64,000 nt of DNA from Woeseia sp. (GCA_019653755.1 BPCL01000005.1:4071-68070), one strand, 5' to 3'. Shown: positions 1-11,061, counted from the first letter of the stretch. The notes: a model not told the origin generated them from the letters alone. Translations and numbers: made by a program.

Positions 1-1647
1 CACAGCATGATGTGCTAAACCAGAGTCCATCCATACATCCATTGTGTCACTAGATTTCTCATACTCTTTGTAATCTTTACCTAGATAATCTTTAACAGAA
101 GATTCAAACCACTTTTCAATTCCATGATTTTTAACATCATCCGCTATTGATTCCATAATCTCATTTGTTTTCGGGTGAAGTGTTTGATCTTCTTTTCTAA
201 TAAATAAGGGAATAGGAACACCCCAGTATCTTTGTCTTGAAATGCACCAATCTGGCCTAGTTGAAACCATTCCTAATATTCTCTCTTGGCCCCATTCAGG
301 AAACCATTTAACTTCGCCTATAGCCTTTAAGCAATTTTCACGAAAACCTTCATTGTCCATACTGACAAACCATTGCCGGGTAGTTCTGAAGATCAAAGGC
401 GACTTATGCCTCCAACAATGAGGATAACTATGAACAAATCTTTCTTGATGAATGAGATTTTTCCTTTCATCCATTTTTTCTAAAATCATAGGCTCTGATT
501 TAAAAATATGCTGACCTGAGAAAAGTTCTTTTTTCTCATGGAAAACTCCGTAAGAATTAACGTAGCACTCTAAATCTAGATTATTCTCCTTCCCAATCAC
601 AAAGTCATCTTGTCCATGAGCAGGTGCAGTGTGAACAGCTCCAGTTCCATTCTCAGTTGTTACATAATCGCCAATTAGAATAGGAACCTGTTTTTTATAT
701 ATAGGATGCTCTAACATTAATCCTTCCAAAACGGATGCATCTATCTTATGAGGCTTACCTATTAACTCAACTCCCCATTTTTTCAAGTTAGTCTCTAATA
801 ATTCTGTAGCCAAAAGGCAAATGGTTCTTTCATTGTTTAAATTTGTCTCAAATATTGAATAGTCAATATCCCCTCCAAGAACAACCGCCTCATTTGAGGG
901 GAGCGTCCATGGAGTTGTTGTCCAAATAGGAATTATAATTTCACTTTCTGATTTGAGATTTTCTAATCCTGAACGATTAATAAATTCCTCATTATCAATA
1001 ACTCTAAATGAAACATCGACTGATAAAGAATCTTTATCTTGATATTCTACCTCTGCTTCTGCGAGTGCTGACTTGCAGTCCAGACACCAATGCACTGGTT
1101 TATGCCCATAAATAACATGGTTATTTTTTACAATTTTAGCAAAAGCATTAATTTGTTCAGATTCATAATCTTTATCTAGAGTTAAATAGGGCTTACCCCA
1201 CTCGCCCAAGACACCTAGCCGGATAAAATCTTCTCTCTGCTCCTCAACTTGCTTAATGGCATAAGATTTGCAATATTCTCTAAATTCTTTCGCCTCTATT
1301 TTTGCTCCTACCTTACCTTTCTTTTTTTCAACTTGATGTTCAATTGGCAGGCCATGGCAATCCCACCCAGGAATATATGGGGCATTAAAATCTGAGAGCG
1401 TTTTTGATTTAATAATAATATCTTTAAGAATCTTATTAAGAGCATGACCAATGTGTATCTTGCCGTTGGCATAAGGTGGCCCATCAAGAAGAATAAAAGG
1501 TTTTTTATCCTTCTGTTGTTTTCTAATTTTTTTATAAAGACCTATGTCCTCCCAGAATTTAAGAATTTCAGGCTCTTTATTTGGCAAATTTGCCTTCATT
1601 GGGAAACTGGTGTCGGGCAAATTTAATGTTTCTTTATAGTCTTTCAT
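1..1647 (-). CDS. ileS: isoleucine--tRNA ligase, N-terminal part (gene runs off the window start)
   Basis: Minus-strand frame is open from the window edge to ATG at 1647..1645; it is absent from the ORF track because it is truncated. My translation: MKDYKETLNLPDTSFPMKANLPNKEPEILKFWEDIGLYKK...LDGPPYANGKIHIGHALNKILKD...YIPGWDCHGLPIEHQVEKK. This shows the class I HIGH motif and the WDCHGLPIE block typical of IleRS. Confidence 0.9.
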   Translation of the reverse strand, partial: MKDYKETLNLPDTSFPMKANLPNKEPEILKFWEDIGLYKKIRKQQKDKKPFILLDGPPYANGKIHIGHALNKILKDIIIKSKTLSDFNAPYIPGWDCHGLPIEHQVEKKKGKVGAKIEAKEFREYCKSYAIKQVEEQREDFIRLGVLGEWGKPYLTLDKDYESEQINAFAKIVKNNHVIYGHKPVHWCLDCKSALAEAEVEYQDKDSLSVDVSFRVIDNEEFINRSGLENLKSESEIIIPIWTTTPWTLPSNEAVVLGGDIDYSIFETNLNNERTICLLATELLETNLKKWGVELIGKPHKIDASVLEGLMLEHPIYKKQVPILIGDYVTTENGTGAVHTAPAHGQDDFVIGKENNLDLECYVNSYGVFHEKKELFSGQHIFKSEPMILEKMDERKNLIHQERFVHSYPHCWRHKSPLIFRTTRQWFVSMDNEGFRENCLKAIGEVKWFPEWGQERILGMVSTRPDWCISRQRYWGVPIPLFIRKEDQTLHPKTNEIMESIADDVKNHGIEKWFESSVKDYLGKDYKEYEKSSDTMDVWMDSGLAHHAV

Positions 1648-1677
1648 TTCACAAGAAAAATTTTTTGAACATTATAG

Positions 1678-3266
1678 TTATTTAATTTCATTTTTAATAC
1701 GTATCTCTTTGAATCTAAAGCCTAATAAAAATAGAACTCCAAAATAAATTATGACGGAAACTCCAATAAGAAATAAAAGCGAGAAGATTCTTTCGGTTAT
1801 CCCGCTGGAGATCCAGATGCTATTTTCTTGATTGAATCCTAATAGAAATGCTGACATAGCTAGTGTTGCAATAATTACTCTGGAGATTAGATAGAGAAAA
1901 CTTTTATCTAACAAGACTAAATTCTGATTAATTAATTCTCTGGCTAGTAATGAAGCATTTATTATACTTGCTATCGAGAAAGCTAAAGCAAGACCTATAT
2001 GTGGATAATTAACTCCTAACCAGACTAGAGATAAAACAAATAAGAGTGAACAAACAGCATTGCATGACATAGCAATTAAACCAAATCTTAAAGGTGTCTT
2101 GGCATCCTCTCTGGAATAAAAAGCTGGAGACAGAACTAAAACCAAACAAAGACCTATTAATCCAAATGAATAAGCCATCAAGCTGTATTGAGTCATATCT
2201 AAGTCATAATTTGTAAAATTACCCCCAAGAAAGATTGTCGCAATCAAAGGGCCAGAAAGAATAAACAAGCCAACTGCAGATGGGACAGAAATGATCAAGG
2301 CAATCTTTATACCCCAATCTAATGTTGATTTAAAAGTTGAAATATCCTGATTTGCACGTTCCCTAGACAAAGTTGGAAGCACAACAGTTGACAAAGCAAC
2401 ACCAAAAACACCAACGGGAAATTCAAGCAATCGATCAGAATAATAGATCCAACTGATACTTCCAGCACTAAGAAAAGAAGCAATAAGGGTGTTGAATAAA
2501 AGATTAAACTGGGAAGCAGAACTTCCTATCATCGAAGGAATCATCAATTTTATGATCCGCTTAACACCTTGATCATTCCAAGCCCATTTTGGCTTTGGAA
2601 GTCTCTTAAACGATTTTAAAAAAGGCATTAGAAAAGTTAATTGAATTAGACCAGCTAGGAAAACAGCAATTGCCAAAACTCTTCCAGGATTATTAGAATT
2701 TGGAGCAATCATACTAGCAGCGATAATTAAAACTAAATTTAAGATAACTGGATTAAATGCAGTCGCCCAAAAATGCTTTCTAGTATTTAGGATAGCCCCA
2801 GCAAATGCGGTTAAGGATATAAACATTAAGTAAGGGAATGTGAAACGTAACATCTCAACTGACAGCTGGTATCGATTAGTATTTTCATTTTGTTCATCAA
2901 AGAACCCTGGGGCAAAAATAATAATCAAAGAGGCGCCAATAAAATTCCAAATAAAGTCACCAGCAATAAAATCCCACCTAGAGTCCCAGATGTTTTATCA
3001 ATCAACTCTTTGGTTTCTAGTTCTGATCTATTTTCTTCATAATCACTAAGAACAGGAATAAATGCTCTCGAAAATGCGCCTTCAGCAAAAAAACGTCTAA
3101 ATGAATTAGGTATTTTAAAAGCAACAAAAAAGGCGTCCATAATTGGAAAAGCGCCAAATAAACGAGCAAAACAGATATCCCTTATCAATCCCATAACTCT
3201 AGAAAGGAAAGTCATTAAACCAACTACACTTGTTGATCTGAAAAGCTGTTTACTTTCTTTATTCAT
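1678..3266 (-). CDS. murJ: lipid II flippase MurJ (MviN), frame-broken in this sequence
   Basis: ORFs 2925..3266 (113 aa) and 1678..2928 (416 aa) together give a polytopic membrane protein of about 530 aa. The N-terminus MNKESKQLFRSTSVVGLMTFLSRVMGLIRDICFARLFGA...FKIPNSFRRFFAEGAFSRAFIPVL is the MurJ signature region. The protein continues seamlessly (..ILLAPL / IIIFAPGFF..) across a frame switch near 2925-2930. Confidence 0.85.
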
Positions 3267-3341
3267 AAACTCATTATTAATCTAAAATTAAAAAAAGGGC
3301 CTATTTGCTCAATACATATAATTATTTTGAAAGAAATAGTA

Positions 3342-3370
3342 TTGACAAAGACAGATAAAAATAAAAGAAT
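3342..3370 (+). promoter_or_regulatory. candidate sigma-70 promoter for rpsT
   Basis: TTGACA at 3342..3347, a 17-nt spacer, then AAGAAT at 3365..3370, about 40 nt upstream of the rpsT ATG. Sequence match only. Confidence 0.3.
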
Positions 3371-3412
3371 ACACCCCTTTTTCATTATATAAGTAAAGGA
3401 TAGGTAAAAAAG

Positions 3413-3672
3413 ATGGCGAACACCAGTTCAGCAAAAAAGAGAGTTAGGCAAAGCCTTAAGCATAGAGAGAGAAATATGTCTCTCAAAAATAGAATGCGAA
3501 CGGCTGTAAAGAAAGTTATTAAAGCCACCGAGGAAAAAAATCCTGGGCAGGCAAATGAGCTTTATAGAAAAGCCCAGCCTTTAATTGATTCTTTAGCAAG
3601 AAAAGGAATCATCCATAAAAACAAAGCATCGAACCAAAAAAGGAAATTGATTAAAGGTATAAAATCTATTAG

Positions 3673-3676
<4 letters not shown>
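3413..3676 (+). CDS. rpsT: 30S ribosomal protein S20
   Basis: 87 aa, [35 protein letters not shown]..: canonical S20 N-terminus, very basic. An AGGTAAAAAAG RBS-like stretch lies upstream. Confidence 0.95.
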
Positions 3677-4703
<1,027 letters not shown>

Positions 4704-4704
4704 C

Positions 4705-4737
4705 TAAAATAAAAAACCCCGTAATAAAACGGGGTTT
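4705..4737 (-). terminator. intrinsic terminator downstream of rpmA (between rpmA and obgE)
   Basis: On the minus strand: AAACCCCG - 8 nt loop - CGGGGTTT, followed by TTTTTATTTT. Stem arms are at 4714..4721 and 4730..4737. Confidence 0.6.
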
Positions 4738-4762
4738 AGTCTAAAAAATAGCTCGACAATTA

Positions 4763-5023
4763 TTAAGAAGCAGGAAGAACAGTTGCGTATTGCTTCATCT
4801 TTGGACCCTTTCTTTCAAACTTTAACTCACCATCTACTTTAGCAAATAAAGTATGATCCCTACCTATTCCTACGTTCTTTCCTGGATGAAATTTAGTGCC
4901 CCTCTGACGGACTATGATGTTCCCCGCTTTTACATGCTGACCGCCAAATTTTTTTACACCGAGTCTTTTGGACTCAGAATCTCTTCCGTTTCTTGAACTT
5001 CCGCCTGCCTTCTTATGTGCCAT
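4763..5023 (-). CDS. rpmA: 50S ribosomal protein L27
   Basis: 86 aa, [48 protein letters not shown]: canonical L27. Confidence 0.95.
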   Translation of the reverse strand: MAHKKAGGSSRNGRDSESKRLGVKKFGGQHVKAGNIIVRQRGTKFHPGKNVGIGRDHTLFAKVDGELKFERKGPKMKQYATVLPAS

Positions 5024-5043
5024 TATATTTACCCTTTAAAATT

Positions 5044-5421
5044 TTATTCTTTTTCTGATTTTTTAGTTGTTTTCTTTACTGCCGTTTTCTTTGGCGCTGC
5101 TTTCTTTTTCTTAACAGTAATGTTTGTCACTTCAATCAAGGAATAATGCTGTCTGTGACCAAAGTTACGTTTATAATTCTTTCTTCTCTTGAATTTAACG
5201 ACTTCAATCTTCTTATCTTTCCCCTCATCTAACACTTTAGCTTCAACAATAGTATCCGCCAAATAGGGAGTGCCAATATTAATATCCTTGCCCTCACCAA
5301 CAGAGAGAACCTGGTCAAAAACAACTTTCTTACCTACATCAGTCTCTAGTTTCTCGAGTTTTAACTTCTCACCTTTACTGACTCGGTATTGTTTTCCGCC
5401 TGATTTAAATACGGCATACAT
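5044..5421 (-). CDS. rplU: 50S ribosomal protein L21 with a Lys-rich C-terminal tail
   Basis: MYAVFKSGGKQYRVSKGEKLKLEKL.. is a canonical L21 start. At 125 aa it is longer than the usual ~103 aa because of the tail KKKKAAPKKTAVKKTTKKSEKE. It sits immediately upstream of rpmA. Confidence 0.9.
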   Translation of the reverse strand: MYAVFKSGGKQYRVSKGEKLKLEKLETDVGKKVVFDQVLSVGEGKDINIGTPYLADTIVEAKVLDEGKDKKIEVVKFKRRKNYKRNFGHRQHYSLIEVTNITVKKKKAAPKKTAVKKTTKKSEKE

Positions 5422-5537
5422 AGTTTCTTACCTTTGCTTCACTTAAAGAATCTGGCAATTCTATAGATTAAAGCTTTTTAATTCAATAATTATAAAGGTT
5501 TGCTATATTGTCGTCATTAATAAAAAAGTATAGATAA

Positions 5538-6545
5538 ATGATACAAAGCGTTGACAAAGTAAATGAAACTAAATCTTTAATAGAAGAGATAAGAGGTCTC
5601 GTCAAAGACGACTGGATGCTTATGGATCAAGAGATTGAGGATCAATTAAGCAGTGATATTGGTCTTATCAATAGTATTTCTAGCTATATCATTAATAGCG
5701 GTGGGAAAAGGCTAAGACCTTTACTTGTGCTTCTATCCTCAAAGGCTTGTGGCATTGATAACAATAGAGAAGCAATCAAAGCAGCAGCGATGATAGAGTT
5801 TATTCATACCGCTACCCTACTCCATGATGATGTGGTCGATAACTCTGATACCAGGAGAGGATCAATTACAGCACATAAAAACTTTGGCAATGAAGAAACA
5901 ATTCTTGTTGGTGATTTTTTATACTCAAGGGCTTTTCAGATTATGGTTGAAATAGGCAATATGAGAATTATGGAGATTATGTCAGAAGCCACAAATAGGA
6001 TTGCAGAAGGAGAAGTGATGCAACTCATCAATTGCGGTAATCCAGATACTAGTGAAGAACAATATATGGAGGTCATTTATAGAAAAACTGCAAAACTGTT
6101 TGAGTCGGCTGCAAAAATTGGAGCCGTTTTATCTGGTCAATCCAATAGAATTGAAAATAGTCTGAATGATTTTGGAAGAGAATTGGGTACTGCCTATCAA
6201 TTAATAGATGATGTATTAGATTATAATTCTTCATTTGAGATAATGGGCAAAGATATTGGCGATGATTTATCAGAAGGTAAGCCAACCCTCCCTTTAATTT
6301 ATGCGTTAAAACGGGCAAATCCTGATGAACAAATCCTTATAAGAAATGCTATTAGCCAAAAAGATAGATCTAACAGCAATAAAGTAATTGAAATTATAGA
6401 ATCAACTGGCTCACTGGCTTTAGCTGCTAGTAAAGCAGAAGAGACAACAAAAAAAGCTATCAATGCCTTAAAAGAATTACCAAATAATCAGTACAAGGAG
6501 GCATTAATTAAACTCTCAGAATTTAGCTTCAAACGCACTTTTTAG
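5538..6545 (+). CDS. ispB: octaprenyl-diphosphate synthase (trans-polyprenyl diphosphate synthase)
   Basis: 335 aa with both Asp-rich motifs (LLHDDVVDNSDTRRG and YQLIDDVLDY). Divergent from rplU-rpmA-obgE, as in enteric and pseudomonad gene order. Confidence 0.85.
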   Translation: MIQSVDKVNETKSLIEEIRGLVKDDWMLMDQEIEDQLSSDIGLINSISSYIINSGGKRLRPLLVLLSSKACGIDNNREAIKAAAMIEFIHTATLLHDDVVDNSDTRRGSITAHKNFGNEETILVGDFLYSRAFQIMVEIGNMRIMEIMSEATNRIAEGEVMQLINCGNPDTSEEQYMEVIYRKTAKLFESAAKIGAVLSGQSNRIENSLNDFGRELGTAYQLIDDVLDYNSSFEIMGKDIGDDLSEGKPTLPLIYALKRANPDEQILIRNAISQKDRSNSNKVIEIIESTGSLALAASKAEETTKKAINALKELPNNQYKEALIKLSEFSFKRTF

Positions 6546-6555
6546 AACTGGAGAA

Positions 6556-7485
6556 ATGGAAGAGAATAAATTAATTGCTGCATTCTATAAATTTGTTGAT
6601 TGGAACAATCTTAAAAAAAAGAAATCAGACATCGAGAAACTATGCCTAAAAAATAATATCGTAGGCACGATTCTACTAGCAAATGAAGGCATCAATGGAA
6701 CCATAGCCGGATCTGAGGAATCAGTTTTAGCTGTTATACAAGGACTCAAGGATGACCCGCTTCTCTTAGATATTGAACCTAAATTCTCCAAAGCAGAAGG
6801 TGAAATCTTCAAAAGGATGAAGGTCAGATTCAAAAAAGAGATCGTTTCAATGGGTATGGAGAATATCAGACCAGCAAACCTTAAGGGTAAGACTGTTAAG
6901 GCGAGTGACTGGAATGCATTGATAAGTAACCCAAAAACATTAGTTATTGATACAAGGAACCAATATGAGTGTGCTATTGGAACATTTAAAGGTTCGCTAG
7001 ACCCCAAAACAAAATCCTTTAGAGAATTTCCTAAATGGTCCAAAAATAATCTGAAAGCCTTAATGAAAAAAGAAGGGAAAACCAAAGTAGCAATGTTTTG
7101 CACGGGTGGGATAAGATGTGAAAAAGCATCATCTTACCTTCTAGGTGAGGGTATTGAACAAGTCTATCAACTTGAAGGCGGGATTCTTAAGTACCTAGAA
7201 AATATATCATCTGATGAGAGTCTGTGGGAGGGTGAGTGCTTTGTCTTTGATGAACGTGTTTCTATTCAACATGGCCTTGTTGAAGGCAATTATTCGATGT
7301 GTCACGCCTGTAGGATGCCTATTGATGATGATGATATGAAAAGCAAAAAATATAGCGAAGGAATCAGTTGTCCACATTGTTATGCAACACACTCAGAAGA
7401 AAGAAAGGAAAGATTTGCCGAAAGGCAGAAACAGATTAAGTTAGCAAAAATAAGGAATGAAAAACATCTTGGAAAAACCTATTAG
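6556..7485 (+). CDS. trhO: rhodanese-domain protein of the YceA/TrhO family (tRNA U34 hydroxylase)
   Basis: 309 aa. N-terminus FYKFV...LLANEGINGTIAG, rhodanese active-site loop CTGGIRCEKAS, C-terminal Cys cluster CHACRMP...CPHC. Confidence 0.75.
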   Translation: MEENKLIAAFYKFVDWNNLKKKKSDIEKLCLKNNIVGTILLANEGINGTIAGSEESVLAVIQGLKDDPLLLDIEPKFSKAEGEIFKRMKVRFKKEIVSMGMENIRPANLKGKTVKASDWNALISNPKTLVIDTRNQYECAIGTFKGSLDPKTKSFREFPKWSKNNLKALMKKEGKTKVAMFCTGGIRCEKASSYLLGEGIEQVYQLEGGILKYLENISSDESLWEGECFVFDERVSIQHGLVEGNYSMCHACRMPIDDDDMKSKKYSEGISCPHCYATHSEERKERFAERQKQIKLAKIRNEKHLGKTY

Positions 7486-7505
7486 GACTTCTTATAAAGC
7501 TAGTC

Positions 7506-7904
7506 TTAAGGGGCGTCATGCTCAAAATGTTCACAATCGTTTGGGATAGAGTAATAATTGCCAGCATCTTTAGTATACATATGAGCCGCTGGTTCTAAGT
7601 CTGCTAAATCTGATATTGTTCCTACCCAAATAAAAATTCTAGATGACCCTTCTTCTTTCCAAAAGAGACTAGACCCACAATCTTCACAAAATCCTCTTTG
7701 AGCCACCTCAGATGAAGAGAACCATTTTAGGCTCTCTGATTTCGAAAAACTGAGTTGAGATTTTTTGATTCCAGCAGCGGCAGCAAAGTGTCCGCCCCAT
7801 CTCCTGCATTGTTTACAATGACAGAAATAAACCTTAGATATAGACCCAGAAACCTCAAAGCTTACCGACTCACACAGACAACTCCCTGTTGTAATCTTAC
7901 TCAC
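7506..7904 (-). CDS. GFA family protein (glutathione-dependent formaldehyde-activating enzyme / CENP-V-like Zn-thiol fold)
   Basis: 132 aa with the family Cys pattern: GSCLCESVSFEV, FCHCKQCRRWGG, FCEDCGSSLFW. Confidence 0.7.
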   Translation of the reverse strand: MSKITTGSCLCESVSFEVSGSISKVYFCHCKQCRRWGGHFAAAAGIKKSQLSFSKSESLKWFSSSEVAQRGFCEDCGSSLFWKEEGSSRIFIWVGTISDLADLEPAAHMYTKDAGNYYSIPNDCEHFEHDAP

Positions 7905-7910
7905 AATGAT

Positions 7911-10253
7911 CTAATTATTTATTTCAGCCAATGCAAATTGGCCCAACACCTGGCTCTCAAAAGTATAAGTACCTTTCTCTTGATCAATTTTATTTTTATA
8001 GCTATTTCTAACCTTGGGATGCTCTTCAAATTCTTTGGTCAACTCATTATAAACAATGGGTGTAATACTCTCTGGATTTGTCATTCTTTCCTTGTCATAA
8101 GGAATAGTTATCTCTGCAGGAACATTCAGAGTTGTTCGATACGGGCCAAAGAATACAGTTTTAGAAATTGCATTTGAATGTATCGGCATCTGCACTGAGG
8201 GTGTGGCCTTTTCTTGAGTGCCAATTACAGCCATAAAATCGTCTTTAGCACTGTCTAAGAAATCTGAATTTTGATCATATTCATTTATTGCCCTGACAGC
8301 ATCCGGTCCAGTATTTGGTTGTTTGTCTGTTGATGGTCTCCACCGATTATACCAACTATAGGATTCTGGTCTGTCAGGGTTTGGATCGGCACTGATAACG
8401 AGTTTCGCTCCAGCCAAAGAGCCGTCTTTTACCTCTACGATTCCACCTTCAATTTTAGTAACCTCACCTTCAGCTGCAATGCTGATGTCTAGCTCGGGAT
8501 AAATCTTAAGTCGCTCTATTCCACCTCGAATTCTGTTTACATAATTGATAGCCATTTCCTTAGAATAATCTTCAAAAGCCTCTGTTAACTGGAGTCTAGT
8601 AAAACCCTCAGGACATTGGTGCTCAATAGCTGGAACTTGTTCATAGTCTCCAGGCGCATTGTGCTTCTCACACCAGGTCATTCTTAATTCACCATTATGT
8701 ATCTCTTCTATGGAGTTCAGAGGTATATTGAGAGCCTCTCTCATGTTGATGATCAGCACCCAGTAAGTATAGCCCCAATGGGATAATTGAATAATCACCT
8801 CTTTTTTACCTTGGTTAAGTATCGCATCCTCAATTGCTCCTCGAAGATTTGTAAAACGAAGGGGATCTTCTTTGTAGCCTAGTTGAGTACCACTGAATAA
8901 AGCATAGGAGTATAAATTATTTGTTCTAGCATCTTCGGTTCCATAACCTCCTGTTTTAAGGAAACTAATCTTATGGTCATTTTCATTCTGCTCAATATAT
9001 CTTTTAAAACTTAGGAAGTTTAAATAGGCATTCTCATGAAACACTTCATTTATAAATGGTGCTGCATTTGACATCGGACCCACAGGGTTAGCTCCAGGCC
9101 AAGGTAAACCAAATGTGGTGTATATAACTGAGACCTCACTTCCTGGTTCTATATGATCCAGGTGACGTTCTAAATTCTGATGCATCATATAGTTGTATTC
9201 TGGAGTTCTTCCATACATTCTCACTTGATTGATATTAAAATCTTTAACATCAAAACGAGCCCTACATAAAGATTGCAACGAGAGATGAAGGTCCCAGAAA
9301 TTGTTTGCATAAACATTGTGATCAGTTATCGGCTTAGCTAGCACGATGTTTCTATAACCATTTCTTGCAGCACGAGGCATGGTATCTTTGAGATGCTTTG
9401 TCATTCTTGGGACATTAGAGTAAAAACCTTCTGTAACCTTGATATCCTCAGAAAAATATTCCCCTATCCAATCCGATATAAAAGGGTCTTGAACTCCCTC
9501 GACTGCATCATAATCTGGATAGAAAACAGGTTCATCTAGATCCCACCCCATCATTCCTGCAACCCTCGCTTTATAAGCTTTATCTATCTCGTAGAAATCA
9601 TTAATCCCATTGGGTTTTTTTATTAGAAAAATACCTTCCAAATAATCTTCACCATTTCGAGGGTCTGGCGTGTAACGTGTTAGAGGAAATCCTCCTGTGT
9701 CAGAAGATGCTGAAGCAGGAGCATAATCTTTCATAGCAATTATTTCTATTCCGTCTAGATCTTTTTTATAGAGTGTTGGCGCATCTCCTCCCGCATAAGG
9801 AAAATCTCCAGCACGATTATTAACTACGGGCACATAACTTTGTTTGTCCTCACTAATCCTATAAGCTCCAACGCTGTCCCAGAGCCTCTCCATACCCTCT
9901 ACTTTTCTCCCTACTGCAAAAGGCAATCGAGAAATTTCAACTTGGAAAGGATAAGAGCCTACATGCCATTCAGTGCATGCCTGATTTGGAGAAGTTATTC
10001 TTTCTCCTCCTGAAGTTCTCCAAAATAGGTAATCATCATAGGCCTTATTAAAACCTTCTGGGGTACCCCAGCCAGATAATATAACTATTGGCTTCTCCTT
10101 TTTTCTTAAGGATATTGGGTCACCTTGATGATCTAAAAGTACCGCTGGTGCATAACCACTAGCAGGAATGTAAGTATTTCTAGCAAAAAATATTGCGAGA
10201 AATAATAGGTATAAACCAAGAGATAATAAAACTGTGTTTTTGACTAGACGCAT
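7911..10253 (-). CDS. hypothetical 780-aa membrane-anchored/exported protein, no family recognised
   Basis: Long uninterrupted ORF. The N-terminus MRLVKNTVLLSLGLYLLFLAIFFARN is a single hydrophobic anchor or signal. Its stop is 6 nt upstream of the GFA gene start. I could recognise no motif. Confidence 0.6.
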   Translation of the reverse strand: MRLVKNTVLLSLGLYLLFLAIFFARNTYIPASGYAPAVLLDHQGDPISLRKKEKPIVILSGWGTPEGFNKAYDDYLFWRTSGGERITSPNQACTEWHVGSYPFQVEISRLPFAVGRKVEGMERLWDSVGAYRISEDKQSYVPVVNNRAGDFPYAGGDAPTLYKKDLDGIEIIAMKDYAPASASSDTGGFPLTRYTPDPRNGEDYLEGIFLIKKPNGINDFYEIDKAYKARVAGMMGWDLDEPVFYPDYDAVEGVQDPFISDWIGEYFSEDIKVTEGFYSNVPRMTKHLKDTMPRAARNGYRNIVLAKPITDHNVYANNFWDLHLSLQSLCRARFDVKDFNINQVRMYGRTPEYNYMMHQNLERHLDHIEPGSEVSVIYTTFGLPWPGANPVGPMSNAAPFINEVFHENAYLNFLSFKRYIEQNENDHKISFLKTGGYGTEDARTNNLYSYALFSGTQLGYKEDPLRFTNLRGAIEDAILNQGKKEVIIQLSHWGYTYWVLIINMREALNIPLNSIEEIHNGELRMTWCEKHNAPGDYEQVPAIEHQCPEGFTRLQLTEAFEDYSKEMAINYVNRIRGGIERLKIYPELDISIAAEGEVTKIEGGIVEVKDGSLAGAKLVISADPNPDRPESYSWYNRWRPSTDKQPNTGPDAVRAINEYDQNSDFLDSAKDDFMAVIGTQEKATPSVQMPIHSNAISKTVFFGPYRTTLNVPAEITIPYDKERMTNPESITPIVYNELTKEFEEHPKVRNSYKNKIDQEKGTYTFESQVLGQFALAEINN

Positions 10254-10374
10254 ATGAATACTCCCCTTCGGTAATACTATGATGAAGAGGCATTAATTTT
10301 AAATAAGGCACTTACTAAAAAAGGTAAATAGCCAAAGTAAAAAATACTCTGGCTATTTTAAATAATTAGATTCT

Positions 10375-11061
10375 TTAGTCCTGTATCAGAATTAGCAAAT
10401 CATCTGAGTGAGTTCTGATGTCTAGGTCTGCTGTCCCGAGTTCTTCCCCTATGATTGCATTAATTGCCTCATGTTTTTTTCCGAAGTCAGAGAAGTCCTC
10501 AAAACCACAATTGATATAATGACCCATAGTTGGACCCCAAGCATGATTATAAAGATTACAACCACCAAAAGCTCTGTTGAAAGCATCATAGAGTTTTTCT
10601 GCCCTATCCTGCCTTTCAGCATTAGTTAAATATGGCCCAAATGCCCATTCCATCCAGAGAAGATTGGTTGGTGCTTTTGTCATGCCTACCTTCTGCCTAA
10701 GGAGTATATGGTCTGTGTGTGATGAATAATTCTGAGTTATACCCATACGATCTTCATTTGCTTCTGCTCTTTTATGGATTGCGTCCAGTTGATCAAAGTC
10801 TGCAAAAAAACAATACGCATAAAAAGCGCGCTCTCCGCCATACCAATGTCTATATAAACCACAATCGTTGTAGCCATCCTCTTCTTGATCTAGAGTTAGT
10901 TGCACTAATTCCTTTTCAAGTTCTGCTGGATTTTGCCCAGCAGCAATTTCATAAGTAGAAAGCAACATAAAAGTATTCTCCGCAGGTTTAGCCTCCTCAT
11001 GACCTCCTGCAAAGACATTCATAGAAAAGCTTACTAAAATTAATAACAATAAATTCCTCAT
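10375..11061 (-). CDS. hypothetical secreted protein made of two tandem homologous ~95-aa domains
   Basis: Signal peptide MRNLLLLILVSFSMNVFAGG. There is an internal duplication: CGLYRHWYGGERAFYAYCFFADFDQL...SSHTDHILL versus CNLYNHAWGPTMGHYINCGFEDFSDF...RTHSDDLLI. Confidence 0.6.
   Translation of the reverse strand: MRNLLLLILVSFSMNVFAGGHEEAKPAENTFMLLSTYEIAAGQNPAELEKELVQLTLDQEEDGYNDCGLYRHWYGGERAFYAYCFFADFDQLDAIHKRAEANEDRMGITQNYSSHTDHILLRQKVGMTKAPTNLLWMEWAFGPYLTNAERQDRAEKLYDAFNRAFGGCNLYNHAWGPTMGHYINCGFEDFSDFGKKHEAINAIIGEELGTADLDIRTHSDDLLILIQD

Noticed and set aside
2925-2928. Four-nucleotide start/stop overlaps between fragment ORFs (murJ 2925..2928, ilvD 25189..25192, fabD-like 47296..47299), which could suggest genuine two-gene coupling or programmed frameshifting.
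   Set aside because: The fragments are consecutive parts of single conserved domains, so no natural domain boundary exists there. The 'starts' are artefacts of the ORF caller picking the first ATG/TTG after the frame break, and no slippery heptamer or stimulatory structure is evident.
6585-7103. Long ORFs in the track lying antisense to, or out of frame within, confidently assigned genes. Examples: 1444..1626, 6585..7103, 7755..8177, 16676..17194, 34569..35036, 36698..36976, 41617..41988, 54835..55245, 58556..58912.
   Set aside because: Each is fully embedded in a gene with strong family motifs on the other strand or frame. Their translations are low-complexity or hydrophobic with no motifs. 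AT-poor codon positions of the real genes readily generate open antisense frames.
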